A stretch of DNA of 63,697 bases, counting the filler, from Lenisia limosa (lineage: Eukaryota > Protista > Breviatea): the NCBI GenBank assembly GCA_001655205.1. It is 18 parts of 18 records of this genome, joined end to end, with 100 filler letters (N's around TTAATTAATTAA, not from the genome) between each part and the next. Parts side by side here need not be neighbours in the genome. Positions count along the whole stretch, not along the records: positions 37,561 to 42,145 come from LPNZ01005877.1; positions 42,246 to 45,217 come from LPNZ01008208.1; positions 45,318 to 47,629 come from LPNZ01003860.1; positions 47,730 to 49,065 come from LPNZ01007525.1; 14 more parts are not named here. One strand, 5' to 3'. The position numbers and the translations under genes are program-made. Shown here in pieces: positions 37,561 through 48,929 of this stretch (position 1 is the first letter of the stretch; the number at the start of each line of letters is the position of its first letter). The notes under the pieces were generated by a model that was given only the letters and a program-made list of their open reading frames with translations, was not told the origin of the DNA and did no database searches.

Positions 37561-38075
37561 CCCCCCCCCCCAAGCTGTCAGAACAACCCACCATCCCGGC
37601 CACAACCCCCCAGGAGAACCCACACTCGCCGCCTGCTATTACGGATCCCCGGGAGCCGAAGTACCAGGAAGAGGAAGACTTAAATGAAGGCGGAAACTGG
37701 GGGAGTGATCTTGATCTTGATGATCTGGACGAGCCGGTGGCGTTCGAGCCGGAAGTGGAAGTTCTGAAGCCAGCCAAGAAGACCGAGGAAGACTGGTTCA
37801 GTACCGCCGCACCAGTTGGCAAGTTCCAGATTTCCTTGCCGTCAAAGCCCCATGTTGAGGAGCCGAAACCCTCTTCAGTGGAGGCAGCGAAGCCAAAGGC
37901 GGTTGTAACCCCTGCACCACCCATAGTCGCCCCGGCCCCCGTTGTAAGTTGGGCTCTAACCCTGGTGTGATTTCATGTTCTGTTATTGTTTTTTGAACCC
38001 AATTATCTCACCACGTTTCTTGGGAGTAAACTCTGACACTCAGGAGCCCGCATCTCCAGCAACTCCTTCAAGTAC
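37561..38075 (+). CDS. Acidic, Pro-rich exon(s) of an unidentified gene
   Basis: Open frame DLDDLDEPVAFEPEVEVLKPAKKTEEDWFSTAAPVGKF...PAPV ends at a GTAAGT donor; GC-rich codon usage. Confidence 0.5.
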
Positions 38076-41000
38076 TGTCACACCAAGTTCTTCGGGTGGG
38101 CAGTTTATTATTACATAGGTCTATTTAAGGGTAATCTGACTCCATGGAAAGTTGTCAGGGATAGTGGGAATAGTGATTCAGCTTCTATCCACCTAATTTC
38201 CTTCGCAATAAAATTTCCTGTGGCATCCTTTTTCGATTATTTCGATAGCGTTCTCATGGCTTAATAACCTTCCAGGCCGACAGAGGAGAGATCCGCATGA
38301 ACGTCCAGCCCGAAAACCCAGAAGGCAGAACAGGCTCGGGGCAATTAAAACGGATTAGGAAGGTTGAAGGGTATCATTAGGTCTTGTGCAGTGGATTCTA
38401 TAATGTGTTTCTTATTATGTAATTGTTGTACTATCTCATTGTGGTGTTTCATTCTTACCTAAGTTCCGCGGCCCATGCAATGCTCAGCAGCTGTCACCAA
38501 AGGATAAAAAGAAACATGATGCATAGAAAATAGAAAGTTGGAATGGAACTTAGAGGTCCTGCATGAACTGAGCCGTCATGGGGGGCGGCACGTATCGGTT
38601 GACGAGGGGGGAGATCGGCTGGGCCTAAGGATGTCAAATGGAAGCCTGAATCAATACGTCAATAGCCTTTATCAGTTCTGTGATCAAAAGGGGTTAATGG
38701 GGGACTATAAAGAGAAACGCCCAAAAAAACCCTCATCCATTTTTGCAGACCCTTTCCCCCCACATAAAATTGTCATTTTTATACACTCTCTCATCCCCCC
38801 CCCCCCNNNNNNNNNNNNNNNNNNNNNNNNNNNNNNNNNNNNNNNNNNNNNNNNNNNNNNNNNNNNNNNNNNNNNNNNNNNNNNNNNNNNNNNNNNNNNN
38901 NNNNNNNNNNNNNNNNNNNNNNNNNNNNNNNNNNNNNNNNNNNNNNNNNNNNNNNNNNNNNNNNNNNNNNNNNNNNNNNNNNNNNNNAAGGACTAATAGA
39001 CGAAAACACTTGACTATTTGAGAGCGAACCTTGGGGTGGCCTTGACCCTGCGTCCCGACCTTGAGCGTTCAGTTAAGGTGGGGGGGAGAGGATCCAGCTC
39101 AGGAGGGTCAGAAGCTCTGAAGGGGTAAGAAATACAGCGGACTTGTCTTATTCCTTGTGATCCTTAACTCTGGGAAAAAAGACAGCAAATAGCAAAGCCA
39201 CAAAGTCCCTCAAAACCTTCTCGGGGGTGAAGGGGTAATCTCTCTGCCGTTAGTGTTGTTCTTGGGTTGTTTGTAGGTGGGGTTGGAGCGGTAGGTTGTA
39301 ACGGAGATTGGGGGTGAAGTCCAGTTCTTCATAGAAGGGATGTCGAGGAACTCAAGTTGTACTGAAACGTCACTTCCTTGTACAGAGAATGATAACCTAG
39401 GTATATTTGTTTCCCTAGACTATATTTCATGCAGCATAGTATAATTCTACATTGGAGGGGATGAAGCACTGGGTTTGTTTATATCCTATGTTCTTTGAGA
39501 GCACTGGCCGAAGCCGTNNNNNNNNNNNNNNNNNNNNNNNNNNNNNNNNNNNNNNNNNNNNNNNNNNNNNNNNNNNNNNNNNNNNNNNNNNNNNNNNNNN
39601 NNNNNNNNNNNNNNNNNNNNNNNNNTATTAATTTACTCAATCATTGTCCTGAGGAATAAACGCTTTTAGTTTGAGTAATAGCCCCCCCCCCCTTACTTCT
39701 GTATGCGCCTCCAAACTCGAGAGACACCTTCTTGAAGGAGAAGTCAAACCGAACACGGTGGTTCTCAACACGAGCCTAGCGAGGGGATAAGTTATAAATG
39801 GAAACATATTCAGTAGAAATAAGTAATTATGGAAAAGCAAGTCATAGTAATAGATAATATGATATTATGTTTCTCATATGATATATATATATGATATAGT
39901 ATGTATATGCAGATAGTATATATATATTTGAGGGATTACAGCCAAACCATCAAAAAAAAACAAAGAGCCCCTCCCACCATAACGTAATGGGCGGGGTCTT
40001 CGAGGAAATAGCGCTTTCTACGACCGCGACCAACTTGGAACTGAACCGTAAGAAGACGAAAATGTCACGGAATGTTGGATTTTTGCACCCCTTGTCTCCT
40101 GATGTTTTACATGTACATTTACAACAAGAAGTAGTGGGATTGCTCCCTCTGAAATCGAAGCCGATGTGAATACCCGAGGGGACGGGTGTATAACTTAAAT
40201 ATTCACAAGGAACTTTTAGAAGGAGAGAGGGAGGGGGGAGGGGTAAAATTGGAAAATTTATGAAACNNNNNNNNNNNNNNNNNNNNNNNNNNNNNNNNNN
40301 NNNNNNNNNNNNNNNNNNNNNNNNNCAGATTGCCCACGGATTTGGCTTCAGAAGTGGGGATGACGAGGACGGGGGAGGAAATGGGGCGATATTCGCCATT
40401 CAATGCAGACAGGCGAACCCGGGATCCATTCTCAATCTGAATTGTCAATCATGAGACATGGCTTGTTGAGATGAATGGGATCCCTATGTATTGATTTGTT
40501 TACTATTTAATTCGATGTATCATTCTTGCAAAATGGATGAATTTTCACTTTTGTTCACAACAACACCATAAATCTTCGATATTTAACGATATATCATCAG
40601 GTTTTTGTCACCCTCGTAAAATTACAAAGGGTAGCGTTGACCAAAACACAAGCCACGGCTCACCCATGAGGGGAGTCGGAAAATGATGTTGAACATTGAG
40701 AAATTCACTGATTTGCTAAAGAAGTTAGCGATGTTTACAAGAGCTCTCAAAGACCACTAAAAAGCTACAACATTTTTACACCGTTGCTTCAAAGAGAGGA
40801 TAATTGTGGGGTTTTTTTTGGGGGGTTGACATTACTCCTTAATAACACAAGGAAAACCAACTAAAATAGATCTCGATAACAAATTTAAATACTCAACAAG
40901 AAAAAGGTTGATCCCTCCAACTAGGAGTCATAAATCTGCTGATTGGCGATTGGGAAATTGATGCACTCAATCACATTTGCGGGAGTAGGGCCGTCCTTGA

Positions 41001-41349
41001 CTTGAACAATCTAACGGAGTAATTTGAAGAATTCATGAAAAGGAACAAGTGACAGTAAACATTTAATTCCTCTCCAGAAAGGACCACCCAATTCAATTTT
41101 ATTTTCTGACTCGCGAAGTGGGTAGGACTTAGTATATGTTTTGGTAAACCTTGCATTTAAGATTATATGATTACTATATATCCGAAAACTGATTACTAAC
41201 ATCCATCTGAAATGAAATGAGATGATAAAATATAATAGAGAGATGAAATAAGTGATAGTATGGTATTTGTGCATGTAAAACAAACTGAGTCATTATTCTG
41301 CTATGTGTAAGCCAGTCCCTACTCTGGCAAGAGAGCCGTTTCCATGAGA

Positions 41350-42145
41350 CTCAATAGTACCGGAGTCTGGCGGCGACTCCTTCTCCACAAGCGGCTGACA
41401 AGCGTCTAAAACTGTCATGGCCTTTGCTGTACCAGAGCAAAGTTGAACAGGCTAGTATTTAATACAGTCTCTTGTTCTTAAAAAAAAGAAATTTGAATTT
41501 TATATCATCATGAAACAAAAACCTTACTTTCTTGCTCAAGAAGAATAACGAGTTCCCCTGAAGACAAAACAAACCTGAAGAAATGAAATAGGCCTTTCCA
41601 GTGGCCACGTCGTGAGTGGCAGTGGGCGTGCTGCGGCTCGCAATGCACACAAAGGGCACTGTATCTTTTGACGAATGCAGGGGCTTCTTCGGGGCTAAAC
41701 CCACGCTTTTGGCCGGAATTTCACCATCGTGCTTGTCAACAGCCGACGGATCTCCCTCATCAGCCGAAATGAAGCCGTCCGGCGCGGGGCCGTCAAAGAT
41801 GATGTCGGAAGTGAGGTTGCTTCCGATGGGGACCGGCGGGTCATCAGTTTTCAATGTTCGTGACAAAGACGCCCGGGACTTGGAGGAAGGCGACCGGCCG
41901 CGACTGACCTTGCGTCGGTGCGCACGTGGCGTGCGTGGCGACGTCACCGTCTCGGGGGAGTAGAACTCATCGTCATATTCATCATCAGACGGTTGGCGCG
42001 AGCGTTTGGACACGCGCATGGCACGAGCGGATTCAGCCTGGCTATCACGGGGCGACTGGCCGGCAACTTCGGCAAAGAGAGCCAGGGAATCGAGGGATGA
42101 TGGCGGGCCGGAAATGGAGGGTGCGGCTGTGATGGTGGCGGGTGA
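41350..42145 (-). CDS. Ser/Arg-rich disordered exon(s) of an unidentified gene
   Basis: 186-aa ORF 41459-42019 has GC-rich coding composition up to a GTTTGT donor near 41575; another exon at about 41355-41450. Confidence 0.55.
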
Positions 42146-42339
42146 NNNNNNNNNNNNNNNNNNNNNNNNNNNNNNNNNNNNNNNNNNNNTTAATTAATTA
42201 ANNNNNNNNNNNNNNNNNNNNNNNNNNNNNNNNNNNNNNNNNNNNGGGGGGGGGGGGGATATATGGGAACGTTTATGAAACAGAATCCAGAATCAACTGT
42301 TGGGGAGGAGGGTAACTTCAATTCTCTGCATATTTATGA

Positions 42340-43831
42340 TGATTCTAGATGTTATGGACACTTCTATGTTCAAGGATGGTACTGCTGCTGTCACTACCAC
42401 CAAGGTGGGAGAGGTTGTGTTGTGCCTTCACCCCCTCCATTGGCTTGTTTTTCATCAATTTTCCAAGAGAAGCTACTGGACTTTGTTTTGTTGTTATCAA
42501 CCGTCATGTGTTATCAGCCAACAGAGTTATTTTATTTTTTTTGTGTTTCATAATACCTTTACGCCAGTATTCTTCATCGAAATTTCATTCGTTTTACCCC
42601 CCCCCCCCCCNNNNNNNNNNNNNNNNNNNNNNNNNNNNNNNNNNNNNNNNNNNNNNNNNNNNNNNNNNNNNNNNNNNNNNNNNNNNNNNNNNNNNNNNNN
42701 NNNNNNNNNNNNNNNNNNNNNNNNNNNNNNNNNNNNNNNNNNNNNNNNNNNNNNNNNNNNNNNNNNNNAAAGACTGAAATTCTTGATAAATCCTGGAAAA
42801 CAACCGATATTGCACCACCGAAGTGAAGCCCTAAGTAGGGGTCATTATTTCTTTTCATCCACTGAAAAGCTATATTTAACCCAGAAACGACCTTCCTGGC
42901 TTTGTTTTGTTGTTTTCAACACTGTGCGTTTCTCATACAGTGTGAACTGGGATAAGTCTTGAGATTATCCTTGGGGAACTACGTAGCAAATCGGTCAAGA
43001 CTTATCCCAGTCACACTGTATTGAGTTCACAGAGTTGTTTTGGGTTATGCGCCCGCCCTCCCGTCTCTCTCTTCACAACCCTTACCGCCCGTTCCCCCTT
43101 AGTACGATCGGTGCCCTCGTCCCATTCTCATCAAAGCACGACCTGGAGTTCTACAGTCGCTTGGAAATGCACATCCGATCACTCAACCTCTCACTTTGCG
43201 GCCGTGACCACTTGGTGAGAGGTTGCTTTGTGTTTTTTAACTATAAAAGATAGATTATATCAAGAAGCCGATATTGAGTTAATCGTGTTTATCCCTCCAA
43301 AAAAAGACCTTAAATATCGGTATTTATCCAAGATGTTCCGATTTCTTCCAAGTGAAGCACTAAATCTGCCCTTGTTTCGTGCAGTCCTCCTCTCATCTCG
43401 AGCAATTCTCACACCTCCAGGCCTGGCGCTCATACTACGCCCCCGTGAAGGACGTTGTCGACGGTGACCTTCTTGACACCTACATGACTCTTCACCACGA
43501 CGATCAGAAAACGTGGGGGGGGGGTTGCCCCTAGGGCTTCACTTCGGTTCGAAAAGAGACAGAATTTCTCAATAAATCCTCGAAAACTATCGATATTTTA
43601 CGGTCTTTTTCCAATCTGAAGCTCTGGTTGTGCTTCTTTCTTCTGTTTTTATTTACTCCACTCCTTTTTTGATTTAACCTTTTTTTTGAGTGACCACTTC
43701 GCAAATATTCTGTGATTGAGCATTTTTCAATATTTTGTTATTCTCACACCATCAGCATTGCTGATGCCCTCCAACGCACTCCTGCTGAAGTCGAGAAGAA
43801 GATTTCCGAGCTCAGAGAGCGCCTTCTCTAA
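42340..43831 (+). CDS. SF3B3: Splicing factor 3B subunit 3 (SAP130/Rse1), 3' end
   Basis: Exons 43103-43214, 43421-43512 and 43756-43831: TIGALVPFSSKHDLEFYSRLEMHIRSLNLSLCGRDHL|AWRSYYAPVKDVVDGDLLDTY...|IADALQRTPAEVEKKISELRERLL*, matching the SF3B3 C-terminal CPSF_A region (LCGRDHL..RSYY.PVK.VIDGDL). Confidence 0.9.
42470..42610 (+). mobile_element. Family C body inside an SF3B3 intron
   Basis: CTGGACTTTGTTTTGTTGTTATCAACC...CAGCCAACAGAGTT...TTTCATAA...CATCGAAATTTCATTCGTTTTACCCCCC. Confidence 0.7.
42938..43018. mobile_element. TA-flanked MITE (family B)
   Basis: TA-CAGTGTGAACTGGGATAAGTCTTGA...TCAAGACTTATCCCAGTCACACTG-TA. Confidence 0.85.
43532..43625. mobile_element. hAT-like MITE (family A) in an SF3B3 intron; further partial copies at 42769-42833 and 43298-43360
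   Basis: TAGGGCTTCACTTCGGTTCGAAAAGAGAC...GGTCTTTTTCC...TGAAGCTCT. Confidence 0.8.
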
Positions 43832-44988
43832 ACCCAGTTTCTTAGTCTACATGTAAAGGTACCTTTTGCCCACCAACACAGCACATTGCTCTTTGTCTCA
43901 CAATTGTGCCACAATGCCTGAACAATGGAACAATGCAACATCAAATAAACATTAAAAACAAATCAAAAGCACAACACGACCCCCCTCCCTGAAGCAGTGA
44001 ATAGTCGTGCCGCGGATAGGAAAAAGTATGCAAACAAAAGCTAGATTTCTGAGTTAATCATGCGTTAATCATTAATAACCTATAATATATACTTCACTAT
44101 GAGAAGATTTTGAATGGAAAAGACATCAAAAGAAAGTTTGAATCAGTCTAAAATNNNNNNNNNNNNNNNNNNNNNNNNNNNNNNNNNNNNNNNNNNNNNN
44201 NNNNNNNNNNNNNNNNNNNNNNNNNNNNNNNNNNNNNNNNNNNNNNNNNNNNNNNNNNNNNNNNNNNNNNNNNNNNNNNNNNNNNNNNNNNNNNNNCCAT
44301 TAGTCTTGGCAGTTTTTGTTTTTAAGGACTATGGTAGGACCACTGAAGCCCCCAGTCCCATCTAACTCCCTAGAATATCCACAAAACGCCTTCACAGTCT
44401 CTTCGGAGCGGCGCTGGACATCGATCCATCCGAATGTTGGTGAATTCTCCTCGATCAGGGCCACTCACCCACACTCTAGGTCCCACCGCTCCGGTGCTTC
44501 ATCACGCTCGGTGTTAAAAGGCAGCAAAAAGGGCCTTGCTAGCAGTAGGAGGCGTTTTCGCCCTTAGTTCCCTTGATCCTTGTTCCCCATATCCCCATAA
44601 TTCTCTACGCATTCTTCACGAGCCAGCCCTAATGGGCCTCTAGCACGTTTGGCTAAGATTGTTAACACGATAACTCTGGAATCCAATCGTGAAAGATCAC
44701 AATGATTTCTTTTATAATAGCCACTTTGAAATGGAGTATTCTAGTGTATTGGAACGTTGAAACGGAGCGAAGCTATCTCATTAAAGGAAAATAATATTCG
44801 AGAGTTATTATCATATTGATGGACATAAGGCATATTGTTTGTGGGGGGATGGACATAAGGCATATTGTTTGTGGGGGTTTTGTTCTATTCAAGTTACGTA
44901 AGATGATATAATAGATTATGGTTTCCAGCAAATTAATTTGCAAATGGATACCAATGACCTTGCCTCTTATTTCCTTACAACTATGAAT

Positions 44989-45650
44989 TTACTTCGGCCT
45001 GAAAAAAAGACGGAATTTATCTATAAATCCTGAAAACTATGGATATTTTCTGTCTTTGTCAAACCAAAGTGAAGCCTGAAATAAAAAAGAAACAAAGCTG
45101 TTTTTTGTCACGAAAAATGAAGGGGTGAAATAATAAGAAATGTATTGGTAATAATCACTATCCCTCTCTGTAGACGGCTTCGAACCGTGTTTCTTATTTC
45201 TACATAATAGGGGGGGGNNNNNNNNNNNNNNNNNNNNNNNNNNNNNNNNNNNNNNNNNNNNTTAATTAATTAANNNNNNNNNNNNNNNNNNNNNNNNNNN
45301 NNNNNNNNNNNNNNNNNAGCAGGTACAGTGTCTCCAGTACTATCAAGCAAAGAGAGTTTGGCCTATGTCATGAGACAAAACTGATCAAGATATTTGTAGA
45401 ACTTGTTTATAGTATCCCTATGTATTTATCTGTTTCCTTAGGTTTCTAATGTATGTAGTATATATCTTGTTAAACTTTGTAAAATTATGTTTTTTGATTC
45501 CCAATGTTTACTCAGTGTCAATCCCACAACATGACACACGTGACCTTTAGAACTAAAAAAACAGGACAGTAACTAAAGCTTCACTTCGGTTTAAAAAAGA
45601 GACTTAATTCTCGATAAATCCTATGTAAATCTCGAAAACTATCGCCACTG
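44989..45650. mobile_element. Two family A MITE copies (44989-45077 and 45576-45650)
   Basis: Both carry the CTTCGG..AAAAAAGAC end and the ATAAATCC...GAAAACTAT core. Confidence 0.7.
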
Positions 45651-45852
45651 AAACTCTTTTCTAAATATACTCTCAGGAATTGCGTACCTCTTGGTATTAT
45701 TACTATTTCATATGGAACACCTTATATGGAAATAAATAACTAACAGACAAAACGTATATGCAAGTAATACATCATTATTCAAATAAACTGACTAAAGACT
45801 TTTTATGAAAAATTTACTTCATATCAAAAAAGAAAATAGAACAAATTGCTCA

Positions 45853-47629
45853 CCTTGAAATTGAGGCACAGTTCACTGCGAGCCTGGATGAGAGACACCT
45901 CGTCATCATCAATGTCCTTCAGGTCGACCATCAACTGGAGGGGGGGGGGGTAAAATTGGAAATTTTNNNNNNNNNNNNNNNNNNNNNNNNNNNNNNNNNN
46001 NNNNNNNNNNNNNNNNNNNNNNNNNNNNNNNNNNNNNNNNNNNNNNNNNNNNGGCGACAATACACGATAACAGCAAAACAAACACAGCCCAGAGCAGTCG
46101 CTTCTTCAGCACCCATCCCATCGGGGGTGAAACGAAGGAAATTTCGATGAAACAAACAAAGCCCAGGCCAGCACTTTAATACAATAATTCAAATCTCTTA
46201 AGGTGGACGGGGCCTTGTTTTTCATTTCTCATTGCAACATACTTACATATTGGTTTTTTGGGTATTGTTGACAGAATTTCATTTTCCGAACAAAAATGAG
46301 GGATTTNNNNNNNNNNNNNNNNNNNNNNNNNNNNNNNNNNNNNNNNNNNNNNNNNNNNNNNNNNNNNNNNNNNNNNNNNNNNNNNNNNNNNNNNNNNNNN
46401 NNNNNNNNNNNNGTCAACAATACCAAAAAAAACAATATGTATGTATATAGCAATGAGAAATAAAAAAACAAGGTTGTCTCTGGCCCCGTCCACCTTAAGA
46501 GATTTGAATTATGGTATTATTAATATTAATTCACCCAATCATTTACCTTACAACTCTGTACACAACTTTCTACATGCCTCCCCCTCCCCCAACCCTGTCG
46601 CTTTTATTTGTCCGAACTCCGAAGCGAATAGTCACTGGATGAACCGAAGAAGGTATGGCAGGGTTCTACAAGCGTGAAAATGAAAAATTTGACAAAAGAA
46701 ATAATAAAATAAATACTTGGGGATAACATAAAATGAAATTGAAAAAATAAAGCCCAAAATAATCTGAGTTGGCTTAACACGGGAGGTTAAAAACAAGAAA
46801 AACAAAGCCTATACAGGACCGCATTCCGTCACACTACACAGCACCGCGTCCCGTCACACAACACAGCACCGCGTCCCATCACACTAGAGTCAGACACATA
46901 TAAAGGATAGAGGAGGGAATTCTAAGGATGAGAATCCCGGGTCGAAGCGCCGTAGTGAAATGATAAAGAGGGGAGGACCTTGAATGCTTCAACCAGGTGC
47001 ATTATTTGTATTTTTCGTCCTTAATCAATTGATACATTTACATTCTTGTTCTCAAAAAAAATCAACCAGGTGTGTGAGGACTTCCCTATTGTCCGAAAAA
47101 GACCGATAAAATATCGACAGTTTTCGAGAAGTAATCGAGAAATTCAGTCTTTTTTTCGAACCGAAGTGAAGTCCTAGGTGTGATCAACAGCAACAAACCT
47201 CAGCTCCGATTCCGCAAGTTCTCTTGCAGGCTCGGTGGGATCCTTGGGAGCCGTGGATATGATAATGGTAGAGGGCAGCCAGTTGGCGTTGCATCACCGC
47301 TGTGATTTTGGCGAACAGTGTTTGCTGAAATAGTTATTCTCTGGAAGAATTTGCATATAGTTCACCCCATATTCTTAACACCCACCCACACACCGGTCGT
47401 CAATTTACAACCTAGAGCAAAAAGAAAAGCAACACCTACACACACACAAACAAACGCACATATAGCTATATGTATTATGTATAAAATCATCCTCCCTCCC
47501 ACTTGGTCCGTAAGCATGGCCCCGCTGAACACGGGGAAGAGTTTGAGATAGTCTACTTCACGAATGACGATGACGGTGAAAGTCTTGTCTTTTGCTAGGA
47601 GAGTTTCCGGCAGGAAGAGTCCCTGGGGG
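45853..47629 (-). CDS. Multi-exon gene of unknown function (partial)
   Basis: GT-AG exons: PQGLFLPETLLAKDKTFTVIVIREVDYLKLFPVFSGAMLTDQ|QTLFAKITAVMQRQLAALYHYHIHG...GAE|...|LMVDLKDIDDDEVSLIQARSELCLNFK|. Confidence 0.5.
45935..46175 (-). mobile_element. Family C, two units head-to-tail, ending at an acceptor
   Basis: ...TTTCATCGAAATTTCCTTCGTTTCACCCCC joins directly to GATGGGATGGGTGCTGAAGAAGCGACTG..., and the array ends CCAATTTTACCCCCCCCCCCTCCAG|TTG ATG. Confidence 0.75.
46176..46523. mobile_element. Foldback element with about 95-110 bp inverted arms
   Basis: 46176-46272 is the diverged reverse complement of 46413-46523 (core ATAATTCAAATCTCTTAAGGTGGACGGGGCC); the centre is gapped. Confidence 0.65.
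47076..47176. mobile_element. hAT-like MITE (family A) full-length
   Basis: GAGGACTTCCCTATTGTCCGAAAAAGACC...GTCTTTTTTTCGAACCGAAGTGAAGTCCTA. Confidence 0.85.
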
Positions 47630-47730
47630 NNNNNNNNNNNNNNNNNNNNNNNNNNNNNNNNNNNNNNNNNNNNTTAATTAATTAANNNNNNNNNNNNNNN
47701 NNNNNNNNNNNNNNNNNNNNNNNNNNNNNA

Positions 47731-48929
47731 CCTTACGACTCTGGTCGGCAACGCCACGTCCATCCATAAGGAGGGCAAGGCGGCAAAACACGCCGTTGAA
47801 TCGGCCCGGGCTACTGTGGGCTTGGGGGGAGGGGGGGAGGTTGGAGTATGGGAAAATTGAACCTACAGAGTTTATCAGTGTTGTTCACAGGTTGGAGTTT
47901 TGGAGTATTCGGTTCGTTATTTGTACCTTTGCCCCAATAGCCGTGACACCTACCCCTCAGATTCTGTTTCTTTTTTGTTTCATAAACTTTCCAGTTTTAC
48001 TCCCCCCCGCAGATTGCCGGCACGCTGGACTGTCAGCCATCTCAACTGATCTTCACTTCCGGCGGCGCTGAGTCCAACAACACCGTGGGGGGGGGGGGAA
48101 NNNNNNNNNNNNNNNNNNNNNNNNNNNNNNNNNNNNNNNNNNNNNNNNNNNNNNNNNNNNNNNNNNNNNNNNNNNNNNNNNNNNNNNNNNNNNNNNNNNN
48201 NNNNNNNNNNNNNNNNNNNCACTCAGGTGAAGATTTTTTTTTTCTTTCTTTTTTAACCCATGAGTGTTGCTAGCTAGCCAACAGTGTTTGATCTTATTTT
48301 GTTTCATAAATTTTCCAGTTTACTCTGGCAGGTGATTAAGGGCGTTGTCTTCAAGGCCATGAAGAAGAAGGGCGGACCCAGACCTCACATCATCGTCTCA
48401 AGCCTGGAGCACGACTCTNNNNNNNNNNNNNNNNNNNNNNNNNNNNNNNNNNNNNCCTTCAGGCCGCCAGAGCTGTGTCTGACTGGTGGGGGTGGGGTGT
48501 TACGTCGGGGGTTTGTCTCTCGGTTGTATTGATATTACATATTGTAAGCCAACGAAGGTGTTTTTTTTGTTTTTGTTTTTCTTCCAGCCCTTCACTCCCT
48601 GGCTGGCTCGGGCTTGTGTTTGTTTTGTGTTGTTGTCATCTGGCTTTTGTCTAGTTTTAGCATTGGTTGCTCGTGTTTGTTATTGCTTTTTTTTTGTTTG
48701 AAGTTTCTGATTATTCGGTTCGTGATTTATCTTTTCGCCAATATTCTTCATCGATACTTCCTTCATTTTCCTTTACTCCCTCCCCCCATAGGTGTGATGT
48801 CACCGAACTCGGCTGCGACTCAGAGGGCCGAGTCTCCGTCCAATCCGTGACCGACGCTATCACGAAGAACACTGTCCTCGTGTCCATCATGCACGCCAAC
48901 AACGAGATCGGCGTTATTCAGAGTGGGCG
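47731..48929 (+). CDS. NifS/IscS-group (class V PLP) cysteine desulfurase or selenocysteine lyase, partial
   Basis: GNATSIHKEGKAAKHAVESARAT|IAGTLDCQPSQLIFTSGGAESNNT|VIKGVV...PHIIVSSLEHDS..|CDVTELGCDSEGRVSVQSVTDAITKNTVLVSIMHANNEIGVIQ; introns 47816-48012 and 48085-48331, plus one ending at 48791. Confidence 0.9.
47816..48331 (+). mobile_element. Two consecutive introns (47816-48012 and 48085-48331) ending in the family C 3' module
   Basis: TTTGTTTCATAAACTTTCCAGTTTTACTCCCCCCCGCAG and TTTGTTTCATAAATTTTCCAGTTTACTCTGGCAG; both junctions restore desulfurase motifs. Confidence 0.75.

Noticed and set aside
39020-39120. RSGRRVKATPRF as an LTR-retrotransposon integrase tail
   Set aside because: A short basic motif only, with no integrase, RT or LTR evidence.
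31132-43831. Reassigned stop codons (TAA/TAG as Gln)
   Set aside because: RidA and SF3B3 both end with TAA at their expected C-termini, and conserved exons contain no internal TAR.
45853-45934. LKDIDDDEVSLIQA as coatomer epsilon
   Set aside because: The resemblance is too short and neighbouring exons do not support it.
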